NCBI GenBank assembly: GCA_046563655.1
Contig: CM102286.1
Span: forward strand, 6,014,001-6,078,000
Direction of reading: 5' to 3'
Origin: Yuukianura sp. NJ FZ-2021
Lineage: Eukaryota
Length of the DNA stretch: 64,000 nucleotides
Position numbers and translations under genes: made by a program. Below are positions 26,586 through 37,900 of the stretch, piece by piece (positions within the stretch are counted from its first letter, which is position 1; each line of letters opens with the position of its first letter). The notes below the pieces were generated by a model. That model was given only the letters and a program-made list of their open reading frames with translations. It was not told where the DNA came from and did not search any database.

Positions 26586-26997
26586 TAGTGCTTCAAGTTC
26601 GGGCCCGAAATGAAAAGTTCGAACTTCGAACCTAAGTTCGAACTTTCTGATGAGCAAGTTCGAACTTTCGAACCTTTTTTCTACATGTAAAAAGCAAGGG
26701 GCGGTGAAAAAAATGGTTAGTGTAATAAATTTCGAAATTCACATCCGAAGTACATTTCCCCCTGTATTTGAATTCTTTTTCAAAAACTAACTTAAAAGAA
26801 TAGGTTTAAAGTGAACTACAACTACTTTCTGTGGCAATACGCGTCGGTTTTTGTAGAAATACATGCATTGTTGAATATTTGCCAATATTGACGTGTAGGT
26901 TCGAACTCTTTTGGCTGAAGTTCGAACTTCGAACCTAGGAAAACAGCCAGGTTCGAGTTCGAAAGTTCGAACTCTAAAGTTCGAACTTGAAGCACTA
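26586..26997. mobile_element. hAT-type MITE with GTTCGAAC subterminal repeats
   Basis: 16-bp TIR TAGTGCTTCAAGTTCG. Perfect 8-bp TSD GTGCTTTT (26578-26585 and 26998-27005). Many TTCGAA repeats near both ends. Confidence 0.92.
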
Positions 26998-27559
26998 GTG
27001 CTTTTGTTTAGTTGAACACAAACTTTTTGTTCAAAACAAAGTCAGGATTTACGGCTCGCCGCTTGCCTTTGAAGTTGTAACTTTGAGAAAATGATATATT
27101 ATTTGTGTGACCCCGACAAACACCAGCTTGATGGCATCATGCCGGTTAGGTGATGGAATGATGGCATTCTGCTGGCACCGAGTCCGCCAATACGACCATG
27201 CGTAGTCCCAGCAATGTACCGGTGCAATGAAATGTTACGGGAGTTTAGTGCCAGCAATTAAGGCTGAATTCAGGACTACCCGCGCTGGTACAATACAGCG
27301 GAGAGATGCAATACCGACTTTACTGGTCGACAGCATCTCCCCAGTACCAAGCCAATGTAAGTTGAGAAAGGTGTTTTACATTTGGCGTGCCGGTACATTT
27401 CCAGTGTTGGGCCATTATGTGCATCTGAAAATGTTTCCCGCCACTTTCAACAATAGGATATATTTGAGGTTATATAAAAAAGGAGGTGTTGCATCATCTC
27501 TTTATGCTCAATTGAGCTTTCCTGTATACTTGTACTCAGTCTGTTATATAATAATTGAG

Positions 27560-28450
27560 ATGACTCAGTTCAAGTACGCCGTTGTTCTGTTCACCGTTGA
27601 CAATTCCACTTCAGTGGTACCGAAGTCGTGGATTAGAGATTGTGAAAACAATTGTCTTATCCCTCCTGACCTCACATCGAAAAAGATTATCAAAGGGATC
27701 CCGCCTGGACCGGATTCAACCGCATATGACATCGTTGTTCTCAAAAAGTTTGGTAAGCTTAATAATTGCATGTCATCATTACTTATGTATTTTTTTAATA
27801 TTGACAATTATTGCACTTTTGTAGATGACTACAGTTGCACGACTGGACTTCAAGTACGACGAAGCAGCCGACATACCAAGTCTACCAGTTTTAACTAATG
27901 ACGAACTGCTTTTGCTCCTATCTTGGGTTACTGGACAAAGAGACAATCGCCAGAAACTGGTAATTTGTACAGTCAAATTATACTACTTTGTCTCACAAAG
28001 TGAACGATTGGTAACAAATGACAACATTTGTTGAATTTTTGCAGGTGAATTTGCTCTCTCGTGTTGGAGGACAGACGTTTGGCCAAACTATGTTCAGCAT
28101 TTTACAAAAACTCATGCACCACGACTTATCGCTTCAATACCGTCATACGAACAACAGTGGAAAGCTAGGGTTTGGTGTATTGGAGCTACGAGTGGTTGTC
28201 ATTGGCAAGTGCTATGCTTACAAAGAATTTTTAATTTATAACTGTGATATAAGTTAAAATGAATATTAATTTTAATCGTTTTTTTTGTTCCTTAGATGCT
28301 GTTTTGAAAGCTCATCCAAATACTTCCGAACAGCTGATCAAAACAAAAATAGGAAGTTGGTTCCGTTGTACTCCTGATCGGAAAGGAGGAAGGAAACATC
28401 GCATCCATCCAAGAATCTCTGCTACTGAACATGTCGTCCAGACATCTTAG
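27560..28450 (+). CDS. Transposon accessory protein with DUF4806-like C-terminal domain, ~210 aa, 4 exons
   Basis: Exons 27560-27752, 27835-27959, 28045-28204 and 28296-28450 are phase-consistent; the third intron is GC-AG. N-terminus YAVVLF..DNSTSVVPKSWI; C-terminus LSRVGG...ILQKLM..DLSLQY...IDAV...IKTKIGSWFRCTPDRKGGRK. The model needs the downstream acceptor at 27833-27834. Confidence 0.7.
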
Positions 28451-28768
28451 AAGAAAAATTCTTACAGCTGCACCTCAATCACTTCACGACATTAATTCTC
28501 TACTTAACCAAAGTCCAGCACAATCAATACATGTTCCTGTGGTGAGAAGTTTAGATATTAGTGATCAGGACAGTTACTCTAGCATTATCGACGTAAATGT
28601 TCATAGCTATGAACTTGACGATTTATCAGATTCCAGTAATGTTGTGGATTTAGTGTAGCCAAAAAATTCAGTTTTTGTGACCCTTTAGGAAACTGGGCAG
28701 TCACAAACAACATTTCACATAAAGCTCTTAGACAATTAATTTCAATCTTAAATACCGAGTTTAAATAG
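28431..28768 (+). pseudogene. N-terminal remnant of an EnSpm/CMC-type transposase
   Basis: MSSRHLRRK plus an acidic/Ser-rich linker ends at a stop at 28658. After a frameshift it continues DPLGNWAVTNNISHKALRQLISILN, resembling the conserved WA..NI...AL..LL.IL motif near the N-terminus of animal EnSpm-like transposases. The catalytic part is absent. Confidence 0.6.
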
Positions 28769-31700
28769 TTGTTAGTTTTTAACAGAAAATGAAATAAACT
28801 GATTGGTTCAAAAAGTGTATACTCTTTAACATGTTTTATTAGCACAGGCGCGTGATTTTGTGCTGGTGGAGTCGTTTTTGCCAGTATAGGGAAGGTACTG
28901 GTTGTGTACAGGCGAATGCCGTCATGGTGGTAAATGTGCATAAGCCGGTATCGTTTTCTTACTGGCGACGTAATGGCAAACCGGTATAACATTTTACCGG
29001 CATCATACCATTACCGAAACAGCACTGGGAGAGTACATGTTACGATGCCGAAAAAGCGGACATGCCCAACATTCTCCCATCATTAAGATGCCGGGAGTAA
29101 GCCGGTAATGCGCCAGTACTGGGGTGTTTGTCGGGACGTCTCTTTTACAACAAAACTTTGATTAATACCAACTAAATAAAGTTTCCCTTTAATCTAATCA
29201 ATCCAAGTTTTCCGAGTGTCTTGGGTCTTTCTGTTTTTAAACGGTTTGTCAATTTATTCACTTAAACTAAAACTTCCTCAAGTTTTGGATGTTAACAAGT
29301 AAGTCACTCTAACAAACTATGTTTAAGGTTATGGTTTCAATACACTCCACTTGTCAAAACATCACTTGAAAAGTCTCTCCAAAATTAGGAATGTTGTTGA
29401 GTGCCTTAGCGTTTTGAGTTATTTTGAGTTATGGCGCGTTAGTGTTGGATGACCTAACGTTGGACGTCAAAACCTGCTTTTACCCAGGTATAAGTTATTT
29501 CCAAGTAGAAATCAGAAGGGTGTAGAATGATGATGATAGGGGTTTTTGGAGTGGAGTAGTAAAGTGAAAGCACTTGTTATTCGATTGAATGGAATTGAAA
29601 TGAAGTTCTGTGCTCTACTACTACAACTTTTGCGTTAAGTCCTACTAGTAGTGTAGTGCCTTACCCCTCTTTTGCTGAGTAAGCTGATTTTACAGTCAAG
29701 AGGATCCTTCTCTCCCTATTTGCTTACAATTCTGAAGCCTGTCTCTACATTTTCCTTTTCAAAACAAATTTTAGGCTGAAATCGAAACGATGATGCACAA
29801 AAGTAGGTTCAGAGGCTGGCTGGTTGGCGAAGAATAAGCTACGAGAGTCCATCAAACTTTAGAAAATCTAAAAGGACTTTAGCTTGCATACGCCCCTGTC
29901 AAAGCTTTCAGCTGCGAATGTATGAAAACGGAAACCATTTTAGTATTCGGATGGAAGCGAATTTTAAGCACTCAACCTGAATACACTTACAATTTTGTTA
30001 CGACAAATCCCCAAAGCATATTTCCCTTTATGCTTCGCCTTTTTTCTCCGCTTTCCTGATAACTAAAACGAACGAACAAAATAAAACGTTCTCAAAGGAA
30101 CAACTACAGCCAAACTTGCGATTATACGAGAAGCTACAACGGCGGAAACAAGATTTTAACAAAGTTTGGGTTGTATTTCGTAAGATGGGGTCCTTTTCTC
30201 TCTTCATTCAGTTCAACAGTCAATCTCGGACAAAAAATGGGAGGATTGCGAACTAAACGCCATGTGCCAAGTTAATTTCAAATGTCAAATATTTCCGATT
30301 GCGACCAAATTGATTGAACAAATTATGATTAGAAAATGAGCTGTTAGTATTATATCAGGGCACAAGGGAAATCATTCCCTTGTGTCTACCTATATTTGCA
30401 TGTAAGTTAACCAATGAAACTAAAGTTTCGCTTTTACTTCAGCTTATATAAGAAAAAACATCGGTGAAAATGAAAACTGTTGTGTACCATAGCTTGAAAT
30501 TCAAGTTCTTAAGAGACATTATCTGTTTCCGCCAATGCAATGTTACCATTTCCATTGAATTGTATATAACATAACAACATATCTGCCTTGCTACCGATAA
30601 ACGTTGCTGTAATTCGCCACATTATAAATATGGTGGGCAGAGAAGTATAAGTAAAATTAGAGTTAACTTGCCAGCACACTAGCACACATTCGTGTATTTT
30701 CTCATGAGGAGTTAAAGTTCATTTTATTTATGGTATCTTAACAGTAAGAGCACATAAAGCAAAATTTTTTTGAACTATAATAGAAAAAAAAAACAAAACA
30801 AAAATTTCTGTGTATTTGTCGAAATACTTAATAATTATTTTGAGTTTTCTTTTTAATGTTGGATTTTTTTGGAGATAAAAGTCCATCCAGTTAGTTTCTA
30901 AAAATAAGGATATTCTACCTCTGCATGGCTAAAATGTCGCCCATTTTTCATACGTTGAAGGAAAGGAACCATTTTGCTTTTAGCTTCCTGCATGATGTCA
31001 TCGTAACTCAACTCTAATAGGAGAGCATTGATGTCGAGCGGAAGCTTCTTTGGGCTCTTTTGGAAGGATAGCCTACGTCCATTCATCCCTGTCGCTGGGA
31101 AAGATCATAATTTCCATTAAAATTGAATAACCTACCCTAACCTAACATCCTCCGAGATGTTCCTTGTCCGCCCCTCCACCGGTGAAATGAAAAGCCATAG
31201 ACGGATAGACATGTGGAATTCGCATTGTAACCATCAAAACCCAAGTCCAAAATACGTTTACTCTTCCAATTTCAATTCAAACCCCAAAAGAAATCCCGGT
31301 TTTCTACGGATTTCATTCTTTTCAAAACGACGGAGCAGCGGCTGACCAGCGGTGATTAGAAATGTCAAAAGCTCAGGAATTCAGATGCCAACAAAAAGAA
31401 ATTCCTGTGACTGCATTTTTGGCAGTTAGGTTTCTGTTTGAATACTCTCGAATTTATTATTTGACAGTGCAAACGGTCAGTACGAAGACAGCAAACACAA
31501 AACTAGGAGCAGCACATTTCACTTTGCATTGTGTAACCCGCGTAATCTCAAACGATCAGCGACACTTTGGAATGGAGAGGTGAAGATTTGTTTGATGTCA
31601 ATGTCCCGTAGATATTCTGTTGGATATTACCATTTCCAGGAAAATGAGAAATACAAGAACTAAGTACATTTGACTGATTCTGCGGTGATGATACTTGTAT

Positions 31701-34700
31701 ACCTGGCAACAGTTTTTATCAATTATACTCGATTACAATAATCACGCGAATACAAAATTTTGGAATTAGAAAAAAGGCATCGGAATAATTTTACTCTCAC
31801 CGGGGATTTTTATAATTTTTTTTTCTAAAAAAAAGTTTCCTAACCTACACTAACAACATTGTTTAAGCCTTTTAAAACCAAAATTCAACATCAAAGAAAG
31901 CAAAAGAAAAAGCTCTATGTTAATTACTCAAGGGTGAAACTGATAATGTATGATAACGTATACAAGAACCTGATTAAAAATAATTTTTGTACAATTTGGC
32001 AACCTCGGCAAACATTTTTAGTTCATCTACACGGTTGTCGATTAGTGTGACAAGACCAGTTGTCAAAAACGTTTTGTAAGACCATTTGGGTAATGAACCC
32101 TTCACGACAGTGATTAATTCGATTAATTTCGGCGTGATTTTTATCTTACGATTAGTTTTGCGCTAACATAAAAGTTACAGTAGCACTGTACTAGTAGATT
32201 TGAAGTGAAAGTTTTAGAAGAAGAAGACCAGAAGAGCCATTAAACAGAGTTTCCGAGTTTAGTTGTACGACTATAGTGCAACTAATAGATCCTCATTTTA
32301 GTCCCCAAATAGCCTCACTCCGTTAGCCTTTTGCTCAGAATTAGAAAATAAAAAAGAAGTATGAAATGAAATACTTAAGACAGAATTAGGTCGTCAACTC
32401 TCCTCTTGCGCCTGGGGAGGTTTGGCCAAAGTGAAAGCAACCACGACTGCCACTGCACTCTGCCTTTCCTTGCCTTACTACGGTCCAGCCTTAATCTTTT
32501 GTGAAGATTCAATTCTTCTTCCCTGGACCAAGGGAACCAGAAGAAGGGGAATCCAAAGCCAAGAACTAAAGCCTCCTAGATTTAGACCAGAAAAAAGTAA
32601 GGGTGGACTATGGACCTTATAAATTTAACCATTGAGCAAACCCATAAACAGCACACAGGAACATTCTGCAAGTCATAAATCTTTTGGCTGAGCAGCAGCC
32701 TTTCTCTTCTCTAGAGCTTTCTTCTTTTCTCCTTGAGTTCCTGAGAGTCTTCAATCGCTATCCAAGGACACTCTTCTTTTTAGGACTGCAATTTTTTGAA
32801 AGAGAAAAATAATGGGAAAATTGTTATTCGTAAATGGTATTTAATTTCTAGAGTTTCAATCGGTTCGACTGGATGACGATTGTTGTTGGACTGAATTTTG
32901 TCACCTGAAAAATAAAAACTGGAAAAAAAATTATCAAACAAAACGTACTAAAAGGATTCTTTTTCCGAAAACTTTCAAAAACAATTATGTAGTAGTATTG
33001 TTAGCGCCAAGATGCCAGATTAGTACAATGGAGAGAAGATAAGTAGTAGTTTTATTTCTTGAGTGGAGCCATTATGACATTTCAAATTCAATTAACTACC
33101 TCAAAACTTTTCTCCAACTTTCCCTTTGTGGATGTTGAAACTTTTGTGCGTTTAGTAAGTAGTGACATAAATAAACCAAATGGAGACCCTAACTGCCGAC
33201 ATCCTGGAGGCGACATAGGTAAAATCTTTAGTCCAAAGTTAGGCCACGGCAAAACCTAAACCTTAAATACAAAACTCGACGAGAGATTTTGAATTCTTTC
33301 AACTCCTTCAATCCTGCTCCTCTGGGGAGCAGTAAACGGAAGTTTCAATGTGATATTTGACCCAGTTCAAAATGTCTTTGAGCTACTTATTTTTGTAAGT
33401 GCATTTTTGAGCCCAATCCAGCAAGTATGGGTTATGATTTCCAAATTTATTATTCAACGCTCGTTGCAAGGTCAAGCTTGGTGTAAAAATGCGGTTAACA
33501 TTTACAAGTTACATTTGAATTTGAAAGAACTTTTTGACTTATGAATGTTCATATTCGGACCAACTTAAATTTGAAATGGCCGTTTTTATTGACCTTCGTC
33601 TGTGAAAAATGAACTCCATTTTTTTCTGTTCTAACTAAAATCGTGAATCAGAGTCATACTTTATTTTATTTTTTAGTAAATCATGATTTACACATTCTAT
33701 CACTGGTTAACACTTTTCATAAACGTGATTCTGACATCACACAAGCCTACTGCTAAGCTTTTGTTATTTGTGTCGTGACAAATTCGCCAAACACGTCGAC
33801 AGCGAACCCAAGCGTTAGACTGTGAAAGTGAAAGTTAGTTATGTTGGTTCCCTTCTAGAAGGAGCAAGCGGCTTTCTTAACGGGGAAAGCGTAGTTTCTA
33901 AAATCATTTGTTTACATTCTGCTGGCTAAAGATGGCGGTGGCGACATTTATGTCATAACTTTCCCACTTAAGTCTCTGGCCAAATTTTAATAGAGGGCAG
34001 AGGAATGGGAAATATCTTAAGGAATTAATACTACATAGATTTAGGTCTGTAGCAGATCGTCAACAGGGTTTTTAAGACACTTTTTTAAACCTCATCCTTC
34101 CAAAAAATGTGCACATTACTCCGTTTAATTTTTCTTCACAAAAAGTATTCGAAAATGGTTTGAAACATCATAAAGAACATTCATTGGGAAGAAGAAACCA
34201 ATTTTTTTTATCAAAAAAGAATATCGAAGTCAGAAAATGTTTTTATTTTATTTCGACACTCACTTTGTAGCGGGTTTTTTTCGTCATTTATTCTAAAAAA
34301 ATATGTTAAACAAAGTTTATGTTAAAAAACATTAGCAAAACAGTATCCCTATTGTCTCTGTCCAAATTAAAACTTTCACCACTTGAAAGGCAAAAATTAA
34401 AATGTTGCATGCACCATTTGGTCTTTATGTCGGTCGAAAAAAAAACTCGAAAATTGGTTGTAGGTTAATATCATAAAAACTGGCAGCAATTCTTTTTTGT
34501 TTTTAATTTTTGTTTTAAGGAAAACGTGTCTTGCAAGAGCGTTAGCATGCTTCCACACTACAGAACAAACAATAAGTCCACGAGTTTGAAGTCATTTAAT
34601 GGTAATACTATTTTTTATTTGGTTTTATTTTGTAGCTTAATATCACTTTGTGTTTAAAATCCACTGCTCGTAAAAGCATAACTAAGAAACAAAAAGATCA

Positions 34701-34968
34701 ACTGCCCCGAAACAAGTTTGTAACAAGCATTTAGGTACATTTTGAGAGTTTAAGTCATGTGACAATATGACACTAGCTCTAAAATTGAAAATTTTCCTCT
34801 TATGCAAGAAAATAAAGTTTATGACTCAATTTTTAATTTAACCAAGGAAGACAAACATGGCTGAAGTTTCGAATAATAAAACGGTTGAGCACCGGAATGG
34901 AAAAAGTGTGGAAGCCTGTGTATCCTCCAGCTTTCACTTTTTGCATATCTGCTGTTCAGAACATCATT

Positions 34969-37900
34969 TTAATGGTAGAGAACAGTCGGAATGAAGAGTG
35001 TAACAAGGAAAGTGAAAGCTGTAAGCCTTCCTGTAACCAAAGTAGGAGAGGAAAAACATTAATATAAATTAAATTTTGAAACATTTGTCAAAGTTATAAA
35101 TTTTTGCGTACCTGGTTGCAAAAATGGAGCGGTTCCAAGGACGTTAAAAAACGATCCTTGTTTCTGCGGTTTTGGTTTGGAAAGTTCTCCAACAAAGTCT
35201 TCAGACTGTGATTTATGCACCAGGAACAGTGTAGCTTCACACCTCATTCTGATCTTGCCATCTCTAAAGTACTGCTGGTGCAGATGAAGTTCTAACTCTC
35301 CAAATGTAATTTCGTAATCATCTTTCACAATCTCCTGGTGTGTTCTAATTCCAATGTTAGGGTCACTCGGTAGGAGCTAAACAAAGAAAATTATTACTTA
35401 ATACAATAGAAAGTAAATAAATTGAAATGTGTGCAAATTAGGCCTGCGTTTACTGGAATATCGTTAATATAAAACGTTATGTTGGCGGCGGGTTTGGAAG
35501 GAGATGAAGTGCAGTTAGCAGTCATCGGAGTATTGAGTGTTAGCAGGTAATTCGTCATGCCAAGTGAGGTAACGAGGTGGGGTCTCTCCTTCGGCGGAAC
35601 TGAAAATCAAAAATAATTTTCAATAAAAATTTTGAAAGTTTTTAGGAAAAAAAAGTTTTTTCGAAATTAAAACTGTCATTTGTTACCAACAACCAGGAGC
35701 TGTGCCGTTTTTGTTACTATATTGTGTGTGGGTTCTTCCGGTGTAACTTCACAGCTCAAATTTCCTGACATGTAGGCCGGAACTTTTTTCAACATCAACG
35801 TATGCATATCCGAATGCCGAACCTACGTTCAAATTTCACAAACAAAATTCAGCAGAAATATTAAATTTGTTTAGAAAAAAATTAATGAACTCATTCTTTT
35901 ACCAATTACAAAAAAAAGCTACCGACACGCCTTTGCATGTCAGTGTGTATTGGAACTAATGACCCATTTCACTTACAGTTGATTAAGAATTATGAAGGTG
36001 TGGACCACAAGATCCCCAGTGACATTCAATTAACTTTCTCTACACTTTTCCTACATTGTGAACATGTAGCAGCAGCAACACCAATTTCCATCTAACCTAA
36101 ACGTAAACGATGTGGTCAAAGTTCAAATTTCCATCACACAAGTCAAACAACTTTCCTTCACACCTTGGTCTAGGCTTTTGATGATTTTAAATTGTCTCAT
36201 CAATTTGTAGCCTTTGTGTTTTGACAGCCCGGCCTCCCCGAGACCATTAAAAAGGAAATGAACTCATAAATTTTAGAATTCTAGCAATCATTTCTGCGTG
36301 GAAGTCTAGCGAGATGGAATCGTTGTGGACGTTACGTAGTAGTAATTTCGTTGAAAGTGAATGGCCAGCAGCTAGAGCCGGAAAAATGAGTGACACATGT
36401 ACGAACTCTCTAGAGGATTTGGCTATTTGCAAAATGAGTTTTTGTGCCAATTCCATTATCTGGATGTAGTTTGACATAAGCGCCTGTTCTGAATAATAAT
36501 TGTGAGGAAGAAAAAACAAAAATGTTTGATCAACATAGCATTTTCAAAGTATATTAAAAAGTAATTCCTGCGAAAGCTACTGCTGGTTGATGCGACCATG
36601 TCATGTGAAGTTGTTGCTTCTTAGCTTCTCATTTGCCCATTTTTGATCTAATTGTGTAGAACTTCTTAATTTAATATCACTAATGGTTCAAATGGTTTTT
36701 AGAACAAAACGAGAAATCGTAAAACCTAGAGAGAGTGACTATTTAGGGTAGAGCAAGCTTAGAATTTTGAAATTTAAATTACTAAACTTAAATTCAAATC
36801 CATGTCAACTTCACTCACATCAATAACTAAATCCATGAAGGGAATAGCTTTCTTCTCCTGTTCTCTTGCAAAGTACCGAAATATTTCACGCTGACCTTTG
36901 TACCTGAAACAAAAAGAAAGTTGATTAATTTAGTTTAGTACTTTGCCCCAGAGCTGTTGAAAATATATTCAAAAATATTTAACAAAGGAAACCTTGTCAA
37001 ACATAAACTTTTAATTAAAGTCAACTTTTAAAGTCAAACAAAAAGAGCTGTAGCTTTTTAAATTCTTGAATTTCAGAATTTATAGTCTTTGGGGTTTAGT
37101 TCTTATAATTTTCATGTCCAGCATGTCTCTTAAAATTTTTTAAGAAAAATAAATTTCCTCTGGAACGGTTAAGGCTAGTTAATTTTTGTAATTTAGCGTT
37201 TCAGTAATTAACTCACTAAAATATTAACGTCAATCAGGAAAGATTGTCAAACGGAATGAATAAACAGAGACCTAACTCAAAGATGAAGAGAAAGAGAAAA
37301 CTTTCCAGAGTAACGAGAATAAATTCGCGGAAATGGACACATTTCATCTTCGTTGTAGAAAATGTAGTTACTCATCCCTCCGAACTTAAATAATTAACAA
37401 CCTACTTCTGAACACTCAACATCTCCAAGCTAGTGCGACTCTTTTGCTCTTTCCTTTTCGTCATTGTAAATAGTCATGCTTGGTGCATTTCCAAAGACGC
37501 GAAAGTAATTGACCATAGCATGTACCTTCTTGGACCGTTTTTGCTACTTCTTGTGATCTTTTAAGAAAAGCTACTCAAAATATTACAGGAACTGAATTAA
37601 CGAACTTCGATTTTTGGCGCGCTTGTAGAAGTTGAGTGTTGACAATCTTAATTTTTTTTATATTGTTAATGGGTCTGAAAGTAGAGTTTACAAAGATCCT
37701 AAAGCTTTATAACAGAGAAAGCAATATGGCTCAGGAGAAACGTTGTTTCTTCATTAAGGTGAAACTTTAAAACTAGGTTTGAGCTGAGTCTTAAGCTTGA
37801 ACTTTCTCTTTGCTTTCTCAATCGTGTCTAATTCAATTGGTTCGGAGTCCATTGAGTTTTGATCCTGGTCCGTCGGAATTTTCCTTTGTTTAAATTAAGG

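Larger units (their letters stand above)
27112..29135 (+). mobile_element. CACTA/EnSpm (CMC)-like non-autonomous transposon, 2024 bp
   Basis: 13-bp TIR CCCGACAAACACC, 2-bp TSD AC (27110-27111 and 29136-29137), and GCCGGTA/CCAGTAC-like subterminal repeats at both ends. It carries an accessory gene and a transposase stump. Confidence 0.85.

Noticed and set aside
26647..26670. CTGATGAG...CGAA hammerhead-ribozyme-like core (also CTGAAGA...GAAAC near 40474-40524)
   Set aside because: No convincing stem II, or stems I and III, could be paired.
26610..26990. Heat-shock elements in the TTCGAA repeats
   Set aside because: Spacing mostly does not fit three contiguous alternating nGAAn units. The repeats are better explained as hAT subterminal repeats.
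27227..27898. 223-aa ORF as a single-exon gene
   Set aside because: Its 5' half is transposon subterminal repeat and it reads through intron 1. The likely real start is ATG 27560.
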